Part shown: positions 49,085 through 63,259 of the stretch, piece by piece | Layout: the number at the start of each line of letters is the position of its first letter | Position numbering within the stretch: the stretch's first letter is position 1 | Assembly (NCBI GenBank): GCA_963666565.1 | Contig: OY762911.1 | Coordinates: 256,001-320,000, forward strand | DNA from: Thermoanaerobaculia bacterium | GTDB taxonomy: Bacteria > Acidobacteriota > Thermoanaerobaculia > Multivoradales > Multivoraceae | DNA length: 64,000 bases | Direction: 5' to 3' | Translations under genes and position numbers: made by a program | The notes under the pieces: generated by a model | The model's database searches: none | Told to the model about the DNA's origin: nothing | Seen by the model: only the letters and a program-made list of their open reading frames with translations

Positions 49085-49826
49085 CGCCGGCCCGCGTTGC
49101 TCGCCGGAAGGGCGGACCGAGGTCGACCCGGGGATCCGTGCCGTGACCGGGAGAGACGACGGCGGGAGAACGCCGGTCGAAGATCTCGCGGCGAGAGCCG
49201 CGGCCGCTCTCCGGGAAGTCGCCGGCACGGCGGTCGCCGAAGACTCGCGGCGCGACGGCCTGACCGGCCTTCGCAACGGCGAGGCGCTGCACGGCGCGCT
49301 CACCGAGGCGATCCAGGCGACCCAACGCGATGGCGGCCATGTCGGCCTGCTCTTCATCGACCTGGACCGTTTCAAGCGCGTGAACGACCGCCACGGCCAC
49401 GTGACCGGCAGCCGCATCTTGAGCCGTGTGGCGAGGCTCGTCGATGCCGCCGCGAAGCGGGCAGGAGGTCTTGCCGCCCGCTACGGCGGCGACGAGTTCG
49501 TCGTCGTCCTGCCCGGCGCCGACCTCGATGGGTGCCTGCGGCGCGCCGAGGGTCTCCGGTCTGCCCTGGCCGCCACCCTCCTGCCCGGCGGCGAGCCACC
49601 GCGTCGCCGTCCGCTGGTCCGCGTGACCTGCTCCATCGGCGCCGCCTCCGTGCGGCCCGAGGCTGGCGGCGACCGCGACGAGACGTCGGCCCAGGCGGAT
49701 GCCGCAACGCGCCTGCTGCAACTGGCCGACAACGCGATGTACGACGCCAAGCGCGCCGGCCGCAACCGCGTGGCCGCCGCCGGCGCCGAAGCAGCCACCG
49801 GCGCGCTGGGTGCGCGGGTCCTCTGA
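49068..49826 (+). CDS. Stand-alone GGDEF diguanylate cyclase
   Basis: DGLTGLRN, DLDRFKRVNDRHGH, RYGGDEF and ADNAMYDAK. Start uncertain. Confidence 0.88.
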   Translation: MPMPASAGPRCSPEGRTEVDPGIRAVTGRDDGGRTPVEDLAARAAAALREVAGTAVAEDSRRDGLTGLRNGEALHGALTEAIQATQRDGGHVGLLFIDLDRFKRVNDRHGHVTGSRILSRVARLVDAAAKRAGGLAARYGGDEFVVVLPGADLDGCLRRAEGLRSALAATLLPGGEPPRRRPLVRVTCSIGAASVRPEAGGDRDETSAQADAATRLLQLADNAMYDAKRAGRNRVAAAGAEAATGALGARVL

Positions 49827-49947
49827 CCCGCTGCCGCCGAAGGCGGCGAACGGTGTCGCCGCCGGCCTCTGGCCGGCGACCTTGTTGTCCGGGCTGCGCC
49901 GCTTCGCGGCTTCGCCCGCGGGCGGGTCAGAGGACCCGCGCACCCAG
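49806..49947. repeat. REPIN/MITE-like ~140-bp element (full copy 3, reverse orientation)
   Basis: Perfect inverted termini CTGGGTGCGCGGGTCCTCTGACCCGC; the interior is the reverse complement of copies 1 and 2. Confidence 0.9.
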
Positions 49948-52104
49948 CTACTCGAGGCCGCAACGGCGGATCCAGAACGGTTCCGGCGCTGTTTCGGGCA
50001 AACGGGTCACCGCCGGCAAATCGTGAGCGGCGACGAAGTCGAGGCGATGGCGGCGTAGCGACACGGCGCCGATCGAGAGCGGCCAGGGCGGACGCCGGAA
50101 GGCGAACAGACTGAAGGAGACCGCGGGACGACCGTCGGCGTCGACCGAGAGCACGTCCGGCGGCGAGTCTTCCTGCCCGGTCGACCAGTCGAGACCGAAC
50201 CACAACTCCTCGAAGGCCGCCAGCCAGCCCGGCGGAAGACCCGGCCACGACTGGATCCCGCGATGCGCCGCGGCCCGGAGATCCGGGTCTCCCTCGAAGG
50301 CGGCCGCGGCCAGCAGCAACGGCTCGGCCAGGATGGCGCGGGCCGCCCGCGCGGCCACCCGCGGATCGGCTGCCTCGGCGCCGGCTCCGCGCTCCAGGCG
50401 CATCAGTTCGAACGGGGCGAGCGCCGACAGGGGATCGAGGTCGCACGCCCGCTCGAGCGCCTGCAGCCGCATGTCGACGTCCATGGCCTGATCGACTCCG
50501 GCCATCAGCCACAGGGGCGCCAGACCGTCGGCGGCCTCGGCTGCGGCCCAGGGATCGAGTCGGACGTGGTACAGCGGGAAGGACGGCTCCCGGGCGGCCG
50601 CCCGGCCAAGGAGATCGGTCGTTCCCGCGGTCTCGGCCGCCACCGCGAGTTCGTACGCCCGAGCGGCGGATGTCCGCTGCCAGGTCCAGCCCAGGGCGAC
50701 GACCAGCCAGAGATGGAAGGCGATCCGAAGTCCTCGCCGCCAGCGGCCTCTCTCCAGGGTCGGAGGCGGCCGGCCAGACGCAGCGGCTGCGAGGCCCAGG
50801 TTCAGGATCACGACCGCGGGAACCGCCGTCACGACCGCGAAGACGCCGAAGGCCAGGCAGACTCCGGCGCCCAGCAGGCCCAACAGCGCGGCGGCCAGCA
50901 GCGCCCGGTCCGTGCCAACGGCGGCGTCCTCCCCTACGCCAGCCGGCGCGGGGGACGGTCGGACCAGTTCGCTCAGCCGCCGATGGCCGTATCTGCCAGC
51001 AACGGCCAGCAGCAGGAGCGAACCGACAACGCCCAGTTCGTACGGCGCCTGGGCCAGCAGGCTATGCGCGTCCGTCACCACCTCGCCGGGCGGATGGACG
51101 CCCGGCGCCGGCCGCCAGTGGTTCGCCAGGGTCCAGCTCGTGGACCCCGGACCCCAGCCGAGAACCGGACGCTCCGCGAAGCCGGAGAGAGCCGCCTCGG
51201 CATAGGTGCGGCGCGCCAGGAGCGACGGATCCTCAAGCCGCAGCACCGCGCCGAGACGGCCGATCGGGCCCGGCACGTCGAGCCGGGAACCCGCCCAGGC
51301 TGTCGCGAGCGCCAGTCCGGCGGCGAGCGCCAGCAACGCGACGAGCGGGGCGAGCAGCCGGCGTCCTCTGCTTCGCCAGAGGATCCACGCCGCGGCCGCC
51401 GCCGCCTGCACGGCCAGCGCCGCCAGCCCGGACATCGAGCCGGTGGCCGCCAGCGTCCAGACCAGCGCCGCGCCGACGAAGAGCGCCGCGCCCTGACGCA
51501 GCCGCGGCCGGTCCGGCGCGCCGCCGCGCGGCTCTCCGTCGCCGGGCCGGGACGCCGTGCCGGCCGCGCGCCAGGCGCCGAGCACCGCAAGCGGCAGGAT
51601 CGCCACGAGCACCAGCGCCAACTGGTTGTGGTGGCCGATCGGCAACGCGGCCCGGCCCTGTTCGTGAAGCGGCTGCATGGCCAGCGCCCAGGCGGACGCC
51701 GCCACGCCGACCGCGGCGCAGCCGCCGAGGGTCCAGCGAACGGCCGCCGCCGAGCCGAGCAGCCGGCCGATGCCCGCCGCCGCCCAGGCCGCGGGCAGGA
51801 GGAAGAGAACGATCGCCTCGCCGGCGCGGGCGACCGGGGAGAGAAGCCAGCTCAGGGCGACGGAGAGCCAGAGCGCGCCGAGCAGGGCTGGCCACCAGTT
51901 CCGCCCCGGCGACTCCCGGACGCCGAGCGCCAGCGGATCCAGGAAGGACCGGCGGCCTGGGAGCGCGAACAGGAGCAGCAGAACTGCGCCGGCAGCCAGG
52001 GAGAAGGCGGCAGCGCCGCGGTGGAACGTGCCGGCGTGGAACAGCATCGCCGCCAGGGCGGACACGACGGCGAGGCCGGCGAGCGTTCTCGGGGCGTGCG
52101 CCAC
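49948..52104 (-). CDS. O-antigen ligase (Wzy_C/WaaL-like) family membrane protein
   Basis: Many TM segments; GHHNQLA, RPVLGWGPG and DAHS...ELGVVG. Confidence 0.75.
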   Translation of the reverse strand: MAHAPRTLAGLAVVSALAAMLFHAGTFHRGAAAFSLAAGAVLLLLFALPGRRSFLDPLALGVRESPGRNWWPALLGALWLSVALSWLLSPVARAGEAIVLFLLPAAWAAAGIGRLLGSAAAVRWTLGGCAAVGVAASAWALAMQPLHEQGRAALPIGHHNQLALVLVAILPLAVLGAWRAAGTASRPGDGEPRGGAPDRPRLRQGAALFVGAALVWTLAATGSMSGLAALAVQAAAAAAWILWRSRGRRLLAPLVALLALAAGLALATAWAGSRLDVPGPIGRLGAVLRLEDPSLLARRTYAEAALSGFAERPVLGWGPGSTSWTLANHWRPAPGVHPPGEVVTDAHSLLAQAPYELGVVGSLLLLAVAGRYGHRRLSELVRPSPAPAGVGEDAAVGTDRALLAAALLGLLGAGVCLAFGVFAVVTAVPAVVILNLGLAAAASGRPPPTLERGRWRRGLRIAFHLWLVVALGWTWQRTSAARAYELAVAAETAGTTDLLGRAAAREPSFPLYHVRLDPWAAAEAADGLAPLWLMAGVDQAMDVDMRLQALERACDLDPLSALAPFELMRLERGAGAEAADPRVAARAARAILAEPLLLAAAAFEGDPDLRAAAHRGIQSWPGLPPGWLAAFEELWFGLDWSTGQEDSPPDVLSVDADGRPAVSFSLFAFRRPPWPLSIGAVSLRRHRLDFVAAHDLPAVTRLPETAPEPFWIRRCGLE

Positions 52105-52112
52105 CGAAGGGC

Positions 52113-53408
52113 TCAGGAACCCGAACCGTGAACGCCGGTGGCGCCGGAGCGGCGGCTCAGGCGCATCGCGACTTCAGGCGCTTCGCGCAGGCAGGTCCAG
52201 AGGATGCGAAGCGAGGTCAGGAAGGCCCGCCAGCCGGTCCGGAACGCGACCGCCGGCCGCGCGGCGATCTCCGGATAGCCCCGACCGTCCGTCCTGGCCT
52301 TCTCCCAGCCGGCGAACAGGCGCCCCCAGGGGCTCGCCAGCGCCTCGGCCATCTGCCGCTTCGCCTTGTACGGATACCAGAAGGTGTCGTGGTAGAGGAC
52401 GCTCGCCAGGTACGCCCAGGGCGCGAGAAACGTGCGGAGCGACCACTCGACGGGTCGCCGCAGCGGCCCCCAGTAGATCTTGTGCTGCATCCGCGCGGCG
52501 AACGTCATCTTGCGGAAAGGACCGACGAAGCCCCAGCTCTTCCCCGCAACCGCCGGATCCCCCGCGATCTCGATGTCTCGCGGATCGCCGCAACCGAGGC
52601 CGAGATCGTGCGCGAGGCGGATGTAGCGGATCGACAGCGGGTCGAATCCCATCAGCTTCGCGGCCACGGCGTCGATCGCCACCTGGTCCGCGCTGGCCAG
52701 GATCGCGTTGCCAACTCGCGGGATCATGCAGCGCGGCCCCGGCCCGTCGCCGGCAAACGTGCCGTCCATCGCCGCGAAGACGCCCCGGTGGATGCGCTGC
52801 TGGATCATCAGCAGGTCGACCAGGGTCTCGTGGATGACCGGGTGGGTCCAGTGCCGGCGCTCGTTCAGCAATCCCCCGAACGCGTTCTTCATCGCCCCGG
52901 TCGTCGTCGTGAAGACGTGGGTCTTCACCGTCGGCAGGTGGATGATGTTCTCGCCGACGAACCGCGCCGGGATGTGGAAGCCCCGCGGGTACACGTCGTT
53001 CAGGCACAGGAAGCGCTCCGCCAGGTCGCCCACGGCGTCCCGGACCGGCAGCCACTCCTCGCCCTCCTCGTACAGGTGAACGTTGCGCAGGCCGTGCGCC
53101 TCGACGACGTCGATCTGCTTGTTCTCCCGCTCGCCCAGACGCGCGTCGATCACGACCGTCCGGTTGTGGCAGCCGTGGATCAGGGCCGGGTCGTAGCCGT
53201 CCTTCTTCATCGCCCGCACGACGCCTTCGAGCTGCCAGGGCGTGGTCGAACTGCCCGGGTAGAAGAAGTGCCAGGAGATGTTGATCTTGAGCGCCGTGTC
53301 GACGGACGGATCGACCACCTCGCGGTAGCCCGCGAGATTCAGGAGCTCGTGGTAGTCGGCCAGGATCGAACCGGGCGCCGTCGGCAACACGGCGACCCGC
53401 GAGCTCAA
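52113..53408 (-). CDS. DUF362-domain protein
   Basis: [30 protein letters not shown] and [17 protein letters not shown] start inferred. Confidence 0.8.
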   Translation of the reverse strand: MSSRVAVLPTAPGSILADYHELLNLAGYREVVDPSVDTALKINISWHFFYPGSSTTPWQLEGVVRAMKKDGYDPALIHGCHNRTVVIDARLGERENKQIDVVEAHGLRNVHLYEEGEEWLPVRDAVGDLAERFLCLNDVYPRGFHIPARFVGENIIHLPTVKTHVFTTTTGAMKNAFGGLLNERRHWTHPVIHETLVDLLMIQQRIHRGVFAAMDGTFAGDGPGPRCMIPRVGNAILASADQVAIDAVAAKLMGFDPLSIRYIRLAHDLGLGCGDPRDIEIAGDPAVAGKSWGFVGPFRKMTFAARMQHKIYWGPLRRPVEWSLRTFLAPWAYLASVLYHDTFWYPYKAKRQMAEALASPWGRLFAGWEKARTDGRGYPEIAARPAVAFRTGWRAFLTSLRILWTCLREAPEVAMRLSRRSGATGVHGSGS

Positions 53409-53704
53409 TTCGGCGCCCCCCGCGCGCCCCCGCACATGGCGGCCCGGCAACGCGGGCCGTTCGGCGAACGGAAGCGATCGCGACCGGCGCTCAATTCGGC
53501 GCCCCCCGCGCGCCCCCGCACATGGCGGCCCGGCAACGCGGGCCGTTCGGCGAACGGAAGCGATTCGCGACCGGCGCTCAATTCGGCGCCCCTCGCGCGC
53601 CCCCGCACATGGCGGCCCGGCAAGGCGGGCCGTTCGGCGAACGGAAGCGATTCGCGACCGGCGCTCAATTCGGCGCCCCTCGCGCGCCCCTCGACATGGC
53701 GGCC
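53404..53704. repeat. 86/87-bp tandem repeat (3 full units plus a 41-bp partial that is the rho 3' end)
   Basis: CTCAATTCGGCGCCCC recurs at 53404, 53490, 53577 and 53664. Confidence 0.93.
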
Positions 53705-55020
53705 AGGAAATCGCCGTTCGACAGCGTGTTCTTCAGCCGCTCCTGGAGCACCTCCATCGCCTCGACCGTGGGCAGCGGGTTCAGCACCTTGCGCAGCACC
53801 CATACCCGTTGCAACTCGTCCGGCGACAGCAGCAGTTCCTCCTTGCGGGTGCCGGACTTCTCGATGTCGATCGCGGGGAAGATCCGCTTGTCGACCAGCT
53901 TGCGGTCCAGGTGGAGCTCGGAGTTGCCGGTGCCCTTGAACTCCTCGAAGATCACGTCGTCCATCCGGCTGCCGGTGTCGACCAGCGCGGTGGCCACGAT
54001 GGTCAGGGAACCGCCGCTCTCGATGTTCCGGGCGGCGCCGAAGAACCGCTTCGGCCGCTGCAGGGCGCTCGCGTCGATGCCGCCGGACAGCACCTTGCCC
54101 GACGGCGGCTGCATCGTGTTGTAGGCGCGGGCCAGCCGGGTGATCGAGTCGAGCAGGATGACGACCTCCTTGCCGTACTCGACCAGCCGCTTCGCCTTCT
54201 CGATCACCATCTCGGCGACCTGGATGTGGCGCGAGGCGGGTTCGTCGAAGGTGGACGAGACGACCTCCCCGCGAACGGACCGCTCCATGTCCGTCACTTC
54301 CTCGGGGCGCTCGTCGATCAGCAGGACGACCAGCAGCACTTCCGGGTGGTTCGTGGCGATCGAGTTCGCCAGGGACTGCAGGAGCATCGTCTTGCCGGTA
54401 CGCGGCGGCGCGACGATCAGGGCGCGCTGGCCCTTGCCCATCGGCGCGACCAGGTCGGTGACCCGCGACGACAGGTCGCCGGCGACCTCCAGGCGAAGCC
54501 TCTCCTCGGGATACAGCGGCGTCAGGTTGTCGAAGAAGATCTTCTGCCGCACCACGTCCGGGTGCTCGAAGTTCACCGCCTCCAGCTTCATCAGGGCCAG
54601 GTAGCGCTCGCCCTCCTTGTACGGCTTGCGCACCTGGCCGGAGACGGTGTCCCCGGTGCGCAGATCGAAACGCCGGATCTGGCTGCGGGAGACGTAGATG
54701 TCGTCCGGCCCCGGCATGTAGCTGTACTCGGGAGCGCGCAGGAAGCCGAAGCCGTCGTTCACCCGCTCGAGCACCCCTTCGCCGAACGCCAGGCCGCTCC
54801 TCTCGGTCTGCTTCTCCAGGATCTTGAAGGTCAGCTCCTGCCTGGCCATGCCGGCGGCGCCCTCGACGTCCAGCTCGCGGGCGAGCTTGAGGATGTCGGG
54901 GTTGCTCAGGTCCTTCATGGCCTTCAGATCGAAGGCCAGATCGGCGCTCTGCGCGGCCCTCGAGCCGCCTCCTCCATCACGCCCGTCTTCACGGGCTGCA
55001 TCGGTCGTCATGTTCCTCAT
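53665..55020 (-). CDS. rho: Transcription termination factor Rho
   Basis: [33 protein letters not shown] and FEEFKGTGN. Confidence 0.97.
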   Translation of the reverse strand: MRNMTTDAAREDGRDGGGGSRAAQSADLAFDLKAMKDLSNPDILKLARELDVEGAAGMARQELTFKILEKQTERSGLAFGEGVLERVNDGFGFLRAPEYSYMPGPDDIYVSRSQIRRFDLRTGDTVSGQVRKPYKEGERYLALMKLEAVNFEHPDVVRQKIFFDNLTPLYPEERLRLEVAGDLSSRVTDLVAPMGKGQRALIVAPPRTGKTMLLQSLANSIATNHPEVLLVVLLIDERPEEVTDMERSVRGEVVSSTFDEPASRHIQVAEMVIEKAKRLVEYGKEVVILLDSITRLARAYNTMQPPSGKVLSGGIDASALQRPKRFFGAARNIESGGSLTIVATALVDTGSRMDDVIFEEFKGTGNSELHLDRKLVDKRIFPAIDIEKSGTRKEELLLSPDELQRVWVLRKVLNPLPTVEAMEVLQERLKNTLSNGDFLAAMSRGARGAPN

Positions 55021-55052
55021 CCTTGCCCGAAGAAGCCCGCCGGCCCTGATTT

Positions 55053-55631
55053 TCAGGGGTCGAGCAACTCCTTGTACAGCCGGGAGACTCCTTCTCCGGT
55101 TCGAGACGACACGGGGAACAGCTCGGCCCCGGTCGCCATTCCCAACAGGTCCCTGACCCTGGCAAGGGCACCGGCCCGAGCCCCCCGCTTCACCCGGTCG
55201 ATCTTGGTCACCGCCACGACGGGTTCGAGTCCCAAGCCCTGGAGGTATCCGTACGCTTCGGAGTCGAGCGGCGTACCGGCGACCTTACCATCGACCAGCA
55301 GGACGACCCGGACCGGACCGGCGGCCGACCGGAAGTACCGCTCGACGCGCCGGCCCCAGGCCTCCCGTTCGCTCTTCGAGACCCGGGCGTACCCGTAGCC
55401 GGGAAGATCGACGACGTACCAGGAGTCGTCGACCAGGAAGAAGTTGACGCTCCGGGTCCGCCCCGGCCGGGAGCTCGTCCGCGCCAGGTTCTTTCGGCCG
55501 AGCAGCCGGTTGATCAGGCTCGACTTGCCGACGTTCGAGCGGCCGGCGAAGGCGAACTGCGGCCGGCCGTCCCGGGGCAGATCGGCCGCCCGGACGGCGG
55601 AGACGACGAAGCGGGCGTCACGGACCCTCAA
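55053..55631 (-). CDS. engB: GTP-binding protein YihA/EngB
   Basis: [16 protein letters not shown] and TKID. Confidence 0.95.
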   Translation of the reverse strand: MRVRDARFVVSAVRAADLPRDGRPQFAFAGRSNVGKSSLINRLLGRKNLARTSSRPGRTRSVNFFLVDDSWYVVDLPGYGYARVSKSEREAWGRRVERYFRSAAGPVRVVLLVDGKVAGTPLDSEAYGYLQGLGLEPVVAVTKIDRVKRGARAGALARVRDLLGMATGAELFPVSSRTGEGVSRLYKELLDP

Positions 55632-55661
55632 GGTCCCGCTCGACTTCCTGAGTGGGCCTCG

Positions 55662-58151
<2,490 letters not shown>

Positions 58152-58153
58152 CC

Positions 58154-59389
<1,236 letters not shown>

Positions 59390-59573
59390 CCGTCGGTCGT
59401 TCCAGCCTGTCTATCGGGTCTCTTCGAGCGTACCTGCACGGGCCGGACAGACCGCGCCCGGCGCCGCATGGTAGCACGGGCCGGCCTGCCGGGGCCGCCG
59501 CGAGAGCTCCGTTCGCCCGGCAGGCCGCGCCAGGGCCCGGACCAGACACGGCACCCGCGACGGGTTGGCGGCG

Positions 59574-60170
59574 CTACTCGTCCGAGGCGCCCCGGCGCTC
59601 GACGACGCGGTCGGCGAGGCCGTACTCGACGGCCATCTCGGCGGTCAGGATCTTGTCGCGCTCGGTGTCCGAGTGCACCTCTTCGATGGACTTTCCGGTG
59701 TGCTGAGCCAGCAGTTCGTCGATCCGGCCGCGCATCCGCAGCAGGTCCTGGGCGTGGATGTCGATGTCCGTCTGCTGGCCGCCGAGGCTCTGCACCCAGG
59801 GCTGGTGGATCAGCACCCTGGCGTTCGGCAGCACCATCCGCTTCTCCTGCGCGCCGCCCGCGAGCAGGACCGCGGCGAAGGACGCGGCTTGGCCGACGCA
59901 GAGGGTGGAGACATCCGGCTTGACGTGCTGCATCGTGTCGTAGATGGCGAAGCCGGCGGTCACCGAACCTCCGGGCGAGTTGATGTAGAGCGAGATGTCC
60001 TTCTCCGGGTTCTCGGACTCCAGGAACAGCATCTGCGCGATGACCAGGTTCGCCACGTCGTCGTCGATCGGCCGGCCCAGGAACACGATGTTGTCCTTGA
60101 GCAGGCGCGAGTAGATGTCGTAAGCCCGTTCGCCCCGGTTGGTCTGCTCGACCACCATCGGTACCAGCAT
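59574..60170 (-). CDS. clpP: Clp protease proteolytic subunit
   Basis: [22 protein letters not shown] and ERD. Confidence 0.96.
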   Translation of the reverse strand: MLVPMVVEQTNRGERAYDIYSRLLKDNIVFLGRPIDDDVANLVIAQMLFLESENPEKDISLYINSPGGSVTAGFAIYDTMQHVKPDVSTLCVGQAASFAAVLLAGGAQEKRMVLPNARVLIHQPWVQSLGGQQTDIDIHAQDLLRMRGRIDELLAQHTGKSIEEVHSDTERDKILTAEMAVEYGLADRVVERRGASDE

Positions 60171-60174
60171 CGCT

Positions 60175-61566
60175 CTAGTCCTCTCCTTCCGCGGCGGGCT
60201 CGTCCGCGCCGCCGGCCGGTTCCTCGGGCGGCGCGTTGGCCGCCAGCAGGGCCTGCACGGTGCGGTCCCGCCGGAGTTCGATCCTCAGCATCTCCAGGCC
60301 GCCTTCCCGCTCCATCTCGCGGCGCAGCTTCGCCCGGTTCACGTTGCGGCCGCGCGCCATGATCTCCAGCGCCCGTTCGAGGTCCTCGGCCGACGCCTCG
60401 ATCCCGTCCGCGCGGGCGATCCGGTCGAGCAGGAAGGACGCGTGCGCCCGCTTCAGGGCCTGCGGCCGGATCTCCTCCATCAACTGGTCCCAGGGCAGTT
60501 GCTGCCGCTCGAGGTCGACCCCCTGGCGCGCCAGGTTGGTCGCGTACGACCTGGCCATCTGGACCGCCTCGCGCTCCACCACCGCCTCCGGCAGGGTCGC
60601 CGGATAGCGCTCGCGCAACTGCTCGAGCAGGGCGTCGGCGCGCCGATTGCCAGCCTGCTCGGTCTTCTGGGCGCGCACCTGGTCGCGCAACTGTGCGCGC
60701 AGGTCGTCGACGGTGTCGATCGTCGAGGCCAGGCTGGCCGCCCATTCGTCGTTCACTTCCGGGAGCTTGCGCTCCAGCACCTCGTCGACCTCGATCTCGT
60801 AGCCTCGTTGCCGCTCGACGTCTTCGTCCATCTCGGTGCGCTTGAAGTCCGCCTTCCCGCCCGCCGACAGGCCGGTCAGGTTGTCCGTCAGTTCGGGCCA
60901 AGCGCGCTCGTCGCCGAGTTCCAGGTCGATGTCGTGGGTCGCCGGACCCCGCGGGTCGTGGTCGTGGTCATGGCCGTGATCGTGGTCGTGCCCGTGATCG
61001 TGGCCGTGGCTGTCGACCTCCGTTCCGGGGACGTAGCCGGGCAGGGCGGCGCGGTGGATCCTGCCCCGCACCCGGTCGCCGCGCGCTGCCGCCCGTTCGA
61101 CCGGCGCCCAGGTCGAGCGCTGGAGCCGCAACTGCTCCAGGAGTTCGTCGACCTCGGCTTCGCTGGGCGCCGTCTCGGGCTGCGGCAACGAGAAGCTCCG
61201 GCTGTCGTCGATCTCCACGTCGGGCTCGACGTCGACGGTCACCGTGAACCGCAGCGGTTGCCCCGGCTCGGCCCGAACCGGCGCCACGCTGGGCGGCAGC
61301 ATGGCGTGGACGTCTTCCTCGTCGCGCGCCTTCCGCCAGTACTTCGGGGCCAGACGCTCCGAGACGTCCTCGCCGATGGACCCGGCGAACCGCTGCCGCA
61401 CCAGATCGAGCGGCGCCTTCCCCTTGCGGAAGCCGTCGATGCGCGCCCGGCGGCGGTAGTCCCTGGCGACCCGCAGGTACTCGGCGTCCACCTCGGCGGC
61501 GGGCGCCTCGATCTCGAACTCCTGGCGGCAAACGCCGACCTCCCGCTTGGAGACCACCACAGTCAT
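60175..61566 (-). CDS. tig: Trigger factor with His-rich insertion
   Basis: GFRKGKAP ribosome-binding motif; position upstream of clpP-clpX-lon. Confidence 0.92.
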   Translation of the reverse strand: MTVVVSKREVGVCRQEFEIEAPAAEVDAEYLRVARDYRRRARIDGFRKGKAPLDLVRQRFAGSIGEDVSERLAPKYWRKARDEEDVHAMLPPSVAPVRAEPGQPLRFTVTVDVEPDVEIDDSRSFSLPQPETAPSEAEVDELLEQLRLQRSTWAPVERAAARGDRVRGRIHRAALPGYVPGTEVDSHGHDHGHDHDHGHDHDHDPRGPATHDIDLELGDERAWPELTDNLTGLSAGGKADFKRTEMDEDVERQRGYEIEVDEVLERKLPEVNDEWAASLASTIDTVDDLRAQLRDQVRAQKTEQAGNRRADALLEQLRERYPATLPEAVVEREAVQMARSYATNLARQGVDLERQQLPWDQLMEEIRPQALKRAHASFLLDRIARADGIEASAEDLERALEIMARGRNVNRAKLRREMEREGGLEMLRIELRRDRTVQALLAANAPPEEPAGGADEPAAEGED

Positions 61567-61625
61567 GGCCGAACGGGTTGCTCAGGAAGTTCCGGTTGCG
61601 AAGGGGGATGGCGACGTGAGGGAGG

Positions 61626-61713
<88 letters not shown>

Positions 61714-61748
61714 CCGACGCCAACGCGGAAGCCGCCGGGGGCGAGGCA

Positions 61749-61824
61749 TGGTGAGCCGCCTAGGAATCGAACCTAGAACCCACAGATTAAGAGTCTGTTG
61801 CTCTGCCAATTGAGCTAGCGGCCC
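61749..61824 (-). tRNA. tRNA-Lys(CTT)
   Basis: GGGCCGCTAGCTCAATTGG...CAGACTCTTAATCTG...GGTTCGATTCC...CCA. Confidence 0.95.
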
Positions 61825-61894
61825 AGCCTCCGCGCCGCCTCGTCGAGCCGCTCCAGCGGCCGGCGGCGACGGGCGACTATACCCGATCCCGCGC

Positions 61895-62149
61895 TCAGCC
61901 GCCCTGGACGAAACGGACGATCTCCACCCGGTCGCCGTCCTCGAGGCGCGTCCCGCCGAACCGGGCGCGCGGCACGAGCTCGCGGTTCACCTCCACCGCC
62001 ACCGTCTTCGGGTGCTGATCGAGGCTCGCCAGCAGGTCGAGCACGCTGGCCCCGGCTTCCGGCGCGGCCAGCTCCCGCTCCTGGCCGTTGACCCGGAGTC
62101 GCAGCGTGCGGCCCGGAGCGCCCGGGCGCCCGGTCGGCGACGGCGCCAT
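61895..62149 (-). CDS. thiS: Sulfur carrier protein ThiS
   Basis: VNG, VAVEVNRELV and C-terminal EIVRFVQGG. Confidence 0.9.
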   Translation of the reverse strand: MAPSPTGRPGAPGRTLRLRVNGQERELAAPEAGASVLDLLASLDQHPKTVAVEVNRELVPRARFGGTRLEDGDRVEIVRFVQGG

Positions 62150-62162
62150 CGCGGAACCCGCC

Positions 62163-62657
62163 TCAGGCGGGCGCCAGGTCCGCCGTGCGGTCCGGCGCGT
62201 CGGACCACAGGCGCTCCAGCCGGTAGAGCTCCCGCCGCTCGGCGTCGAAGACGTGGACCACCACGTCGCCGTAGTCGAGCAGCACCCACTGGCCCCTGCC
62301 TCTGCCCTCCAGGTGAAGCGGCCGGGCGCCGTCGCCGCGCAGCCGGCGTTCCACCGCCTCGGCGATGCTGCCCACCTGGCGGGCGTTGGCGCCGTTGCAA
62401 ATGACGAAGTAGTCGGTGAAGTCGCTGACTTCGGTGAGTTCGAGCACCCGGAGGTCCAGCGCCTTGCGATCGAGCGCCGCGGCGGCGGCGGCGCGGACGC
62501 GGTTCTCGGTGGCGGCCCGCGGATCGTGGCCGCTCTCCGGCTCGCCGCCTTCCAGGGCCTGGACGCCTTCCGCCGGGGGGGTCTCCGGGGCGCGGCTCGT
62601 CTCCGGCTCGGGGATCGTCGTGCCCGCCTGGGCCTGGAGCGTCTGCGTTTGCGTCAA
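62163..62657 (-). CDS. rsfS: Ribosome silencing factor
   Basis: DRKA, TDYFVIC and WVLLDYGDVVVHVF..R..YRLERLW. Confidence 0.93.
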   Translation of the reverse strand: MTQTQTLQAQAGTTIPEPETSRAPETPPAEGVQALEGGEPESGHDPRAATENRVRAAAAAALDRKALDLRVLELTEVSDFTDYFVICNGANARQVGSIAEAVERRLRGDGARPLHLEGRGRGQWVLLDYGDVVVHVFDAERRELYRLERLWSDAPDRTADLAPA

Positions 62658-63259
62658 CGGTACAACCCGTACTTGCGACAGTACCGCAGCACGGCATCGG
62701 GCAGCAAGCCGGCGTCGACCTCCTCGCCCCGGGCAAGCCGCCGGCGAATGGCGCTGGAGGAGACGTCGACGGACCGGTGAGGCACCATGTCGAACCCGCG
62801 CGCGCCCTCGACCGCCGCGCGCACCGCCGGATCCAGCCCGCGTTCGCCGGGCCGCGCCAGGACGACCAGCCGGACCGCGCCGATCAGGTCCTCGAACCGG
62901 CGCCAGGAGGCGAGTTCGTTGAAGCTGTCGACGCCGAGCAGCAGGTGGAGGTCGGCGTCCGGACGCTCCGCCGCGTACCGCTCCACCGTGTCGACGGTGT
63001 ACGCGGTGCGGCCGAGATCGAGTTCGGCGTCGGAAACGACGAGTGCGGGGTGCGGCAACAGCGCCAGCTCGACCATCGTGTTCCGCATCAGCGCGGGCGC
63101 CCTCGTGCCGCCCGGCTTGTGCGGCGGACGAGCGGTCGGCAGGTAGTGGACGACGTCGAGGTCCAGGGCTTCCCGCGCGGCGAGCACCGGCAGGATGTGG
63201 CCGTTGTGGATCGGGTCGAAGCTGCCGCCGAAGAGGCCGATGCGCGCCTTGCGGCTCAT
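62654..63259 (-). CDS. nadD: Nicotinate-nucleotide adenylyltransferase
   Basis: GGSFDPIHNGH, PPHK, YTVDT and VSSSAIR. Confidence 0.94.
   Translation of the reverse strand: MSRKARIGLFGGSFDPIHNGHILPVLAAREALDLDVVHYLPTARPPHKPGGTRAPALMRNTMVELALLPHPALVVSDAELDLGRTAYTVDTVERYAAERPDADLHLLLGVDSFNELASWRRFEDLIGAVRLVVLARPGERGLDPAVRAAVEGARGFDMVPHRSVDVSSSAIRRRLARGEEVDAGLLPDAVLRYCRKYGLYR

Noticed and set aside
53404-53704. Possible CRISPR array (41-bp repeats with ~46-bp intervals)
   Set aside because: The intervening segments are near-identical rather than unique, the repeat is the rho 3' end, and there are no cas genes.
61594-61608. Degenerate echo of the tRNA-Leu 3' end downstream of the tRNA
   Set aside because: Short, gapped and G-run dominated; no integrase, and the tRNA-tig synteny is intact.
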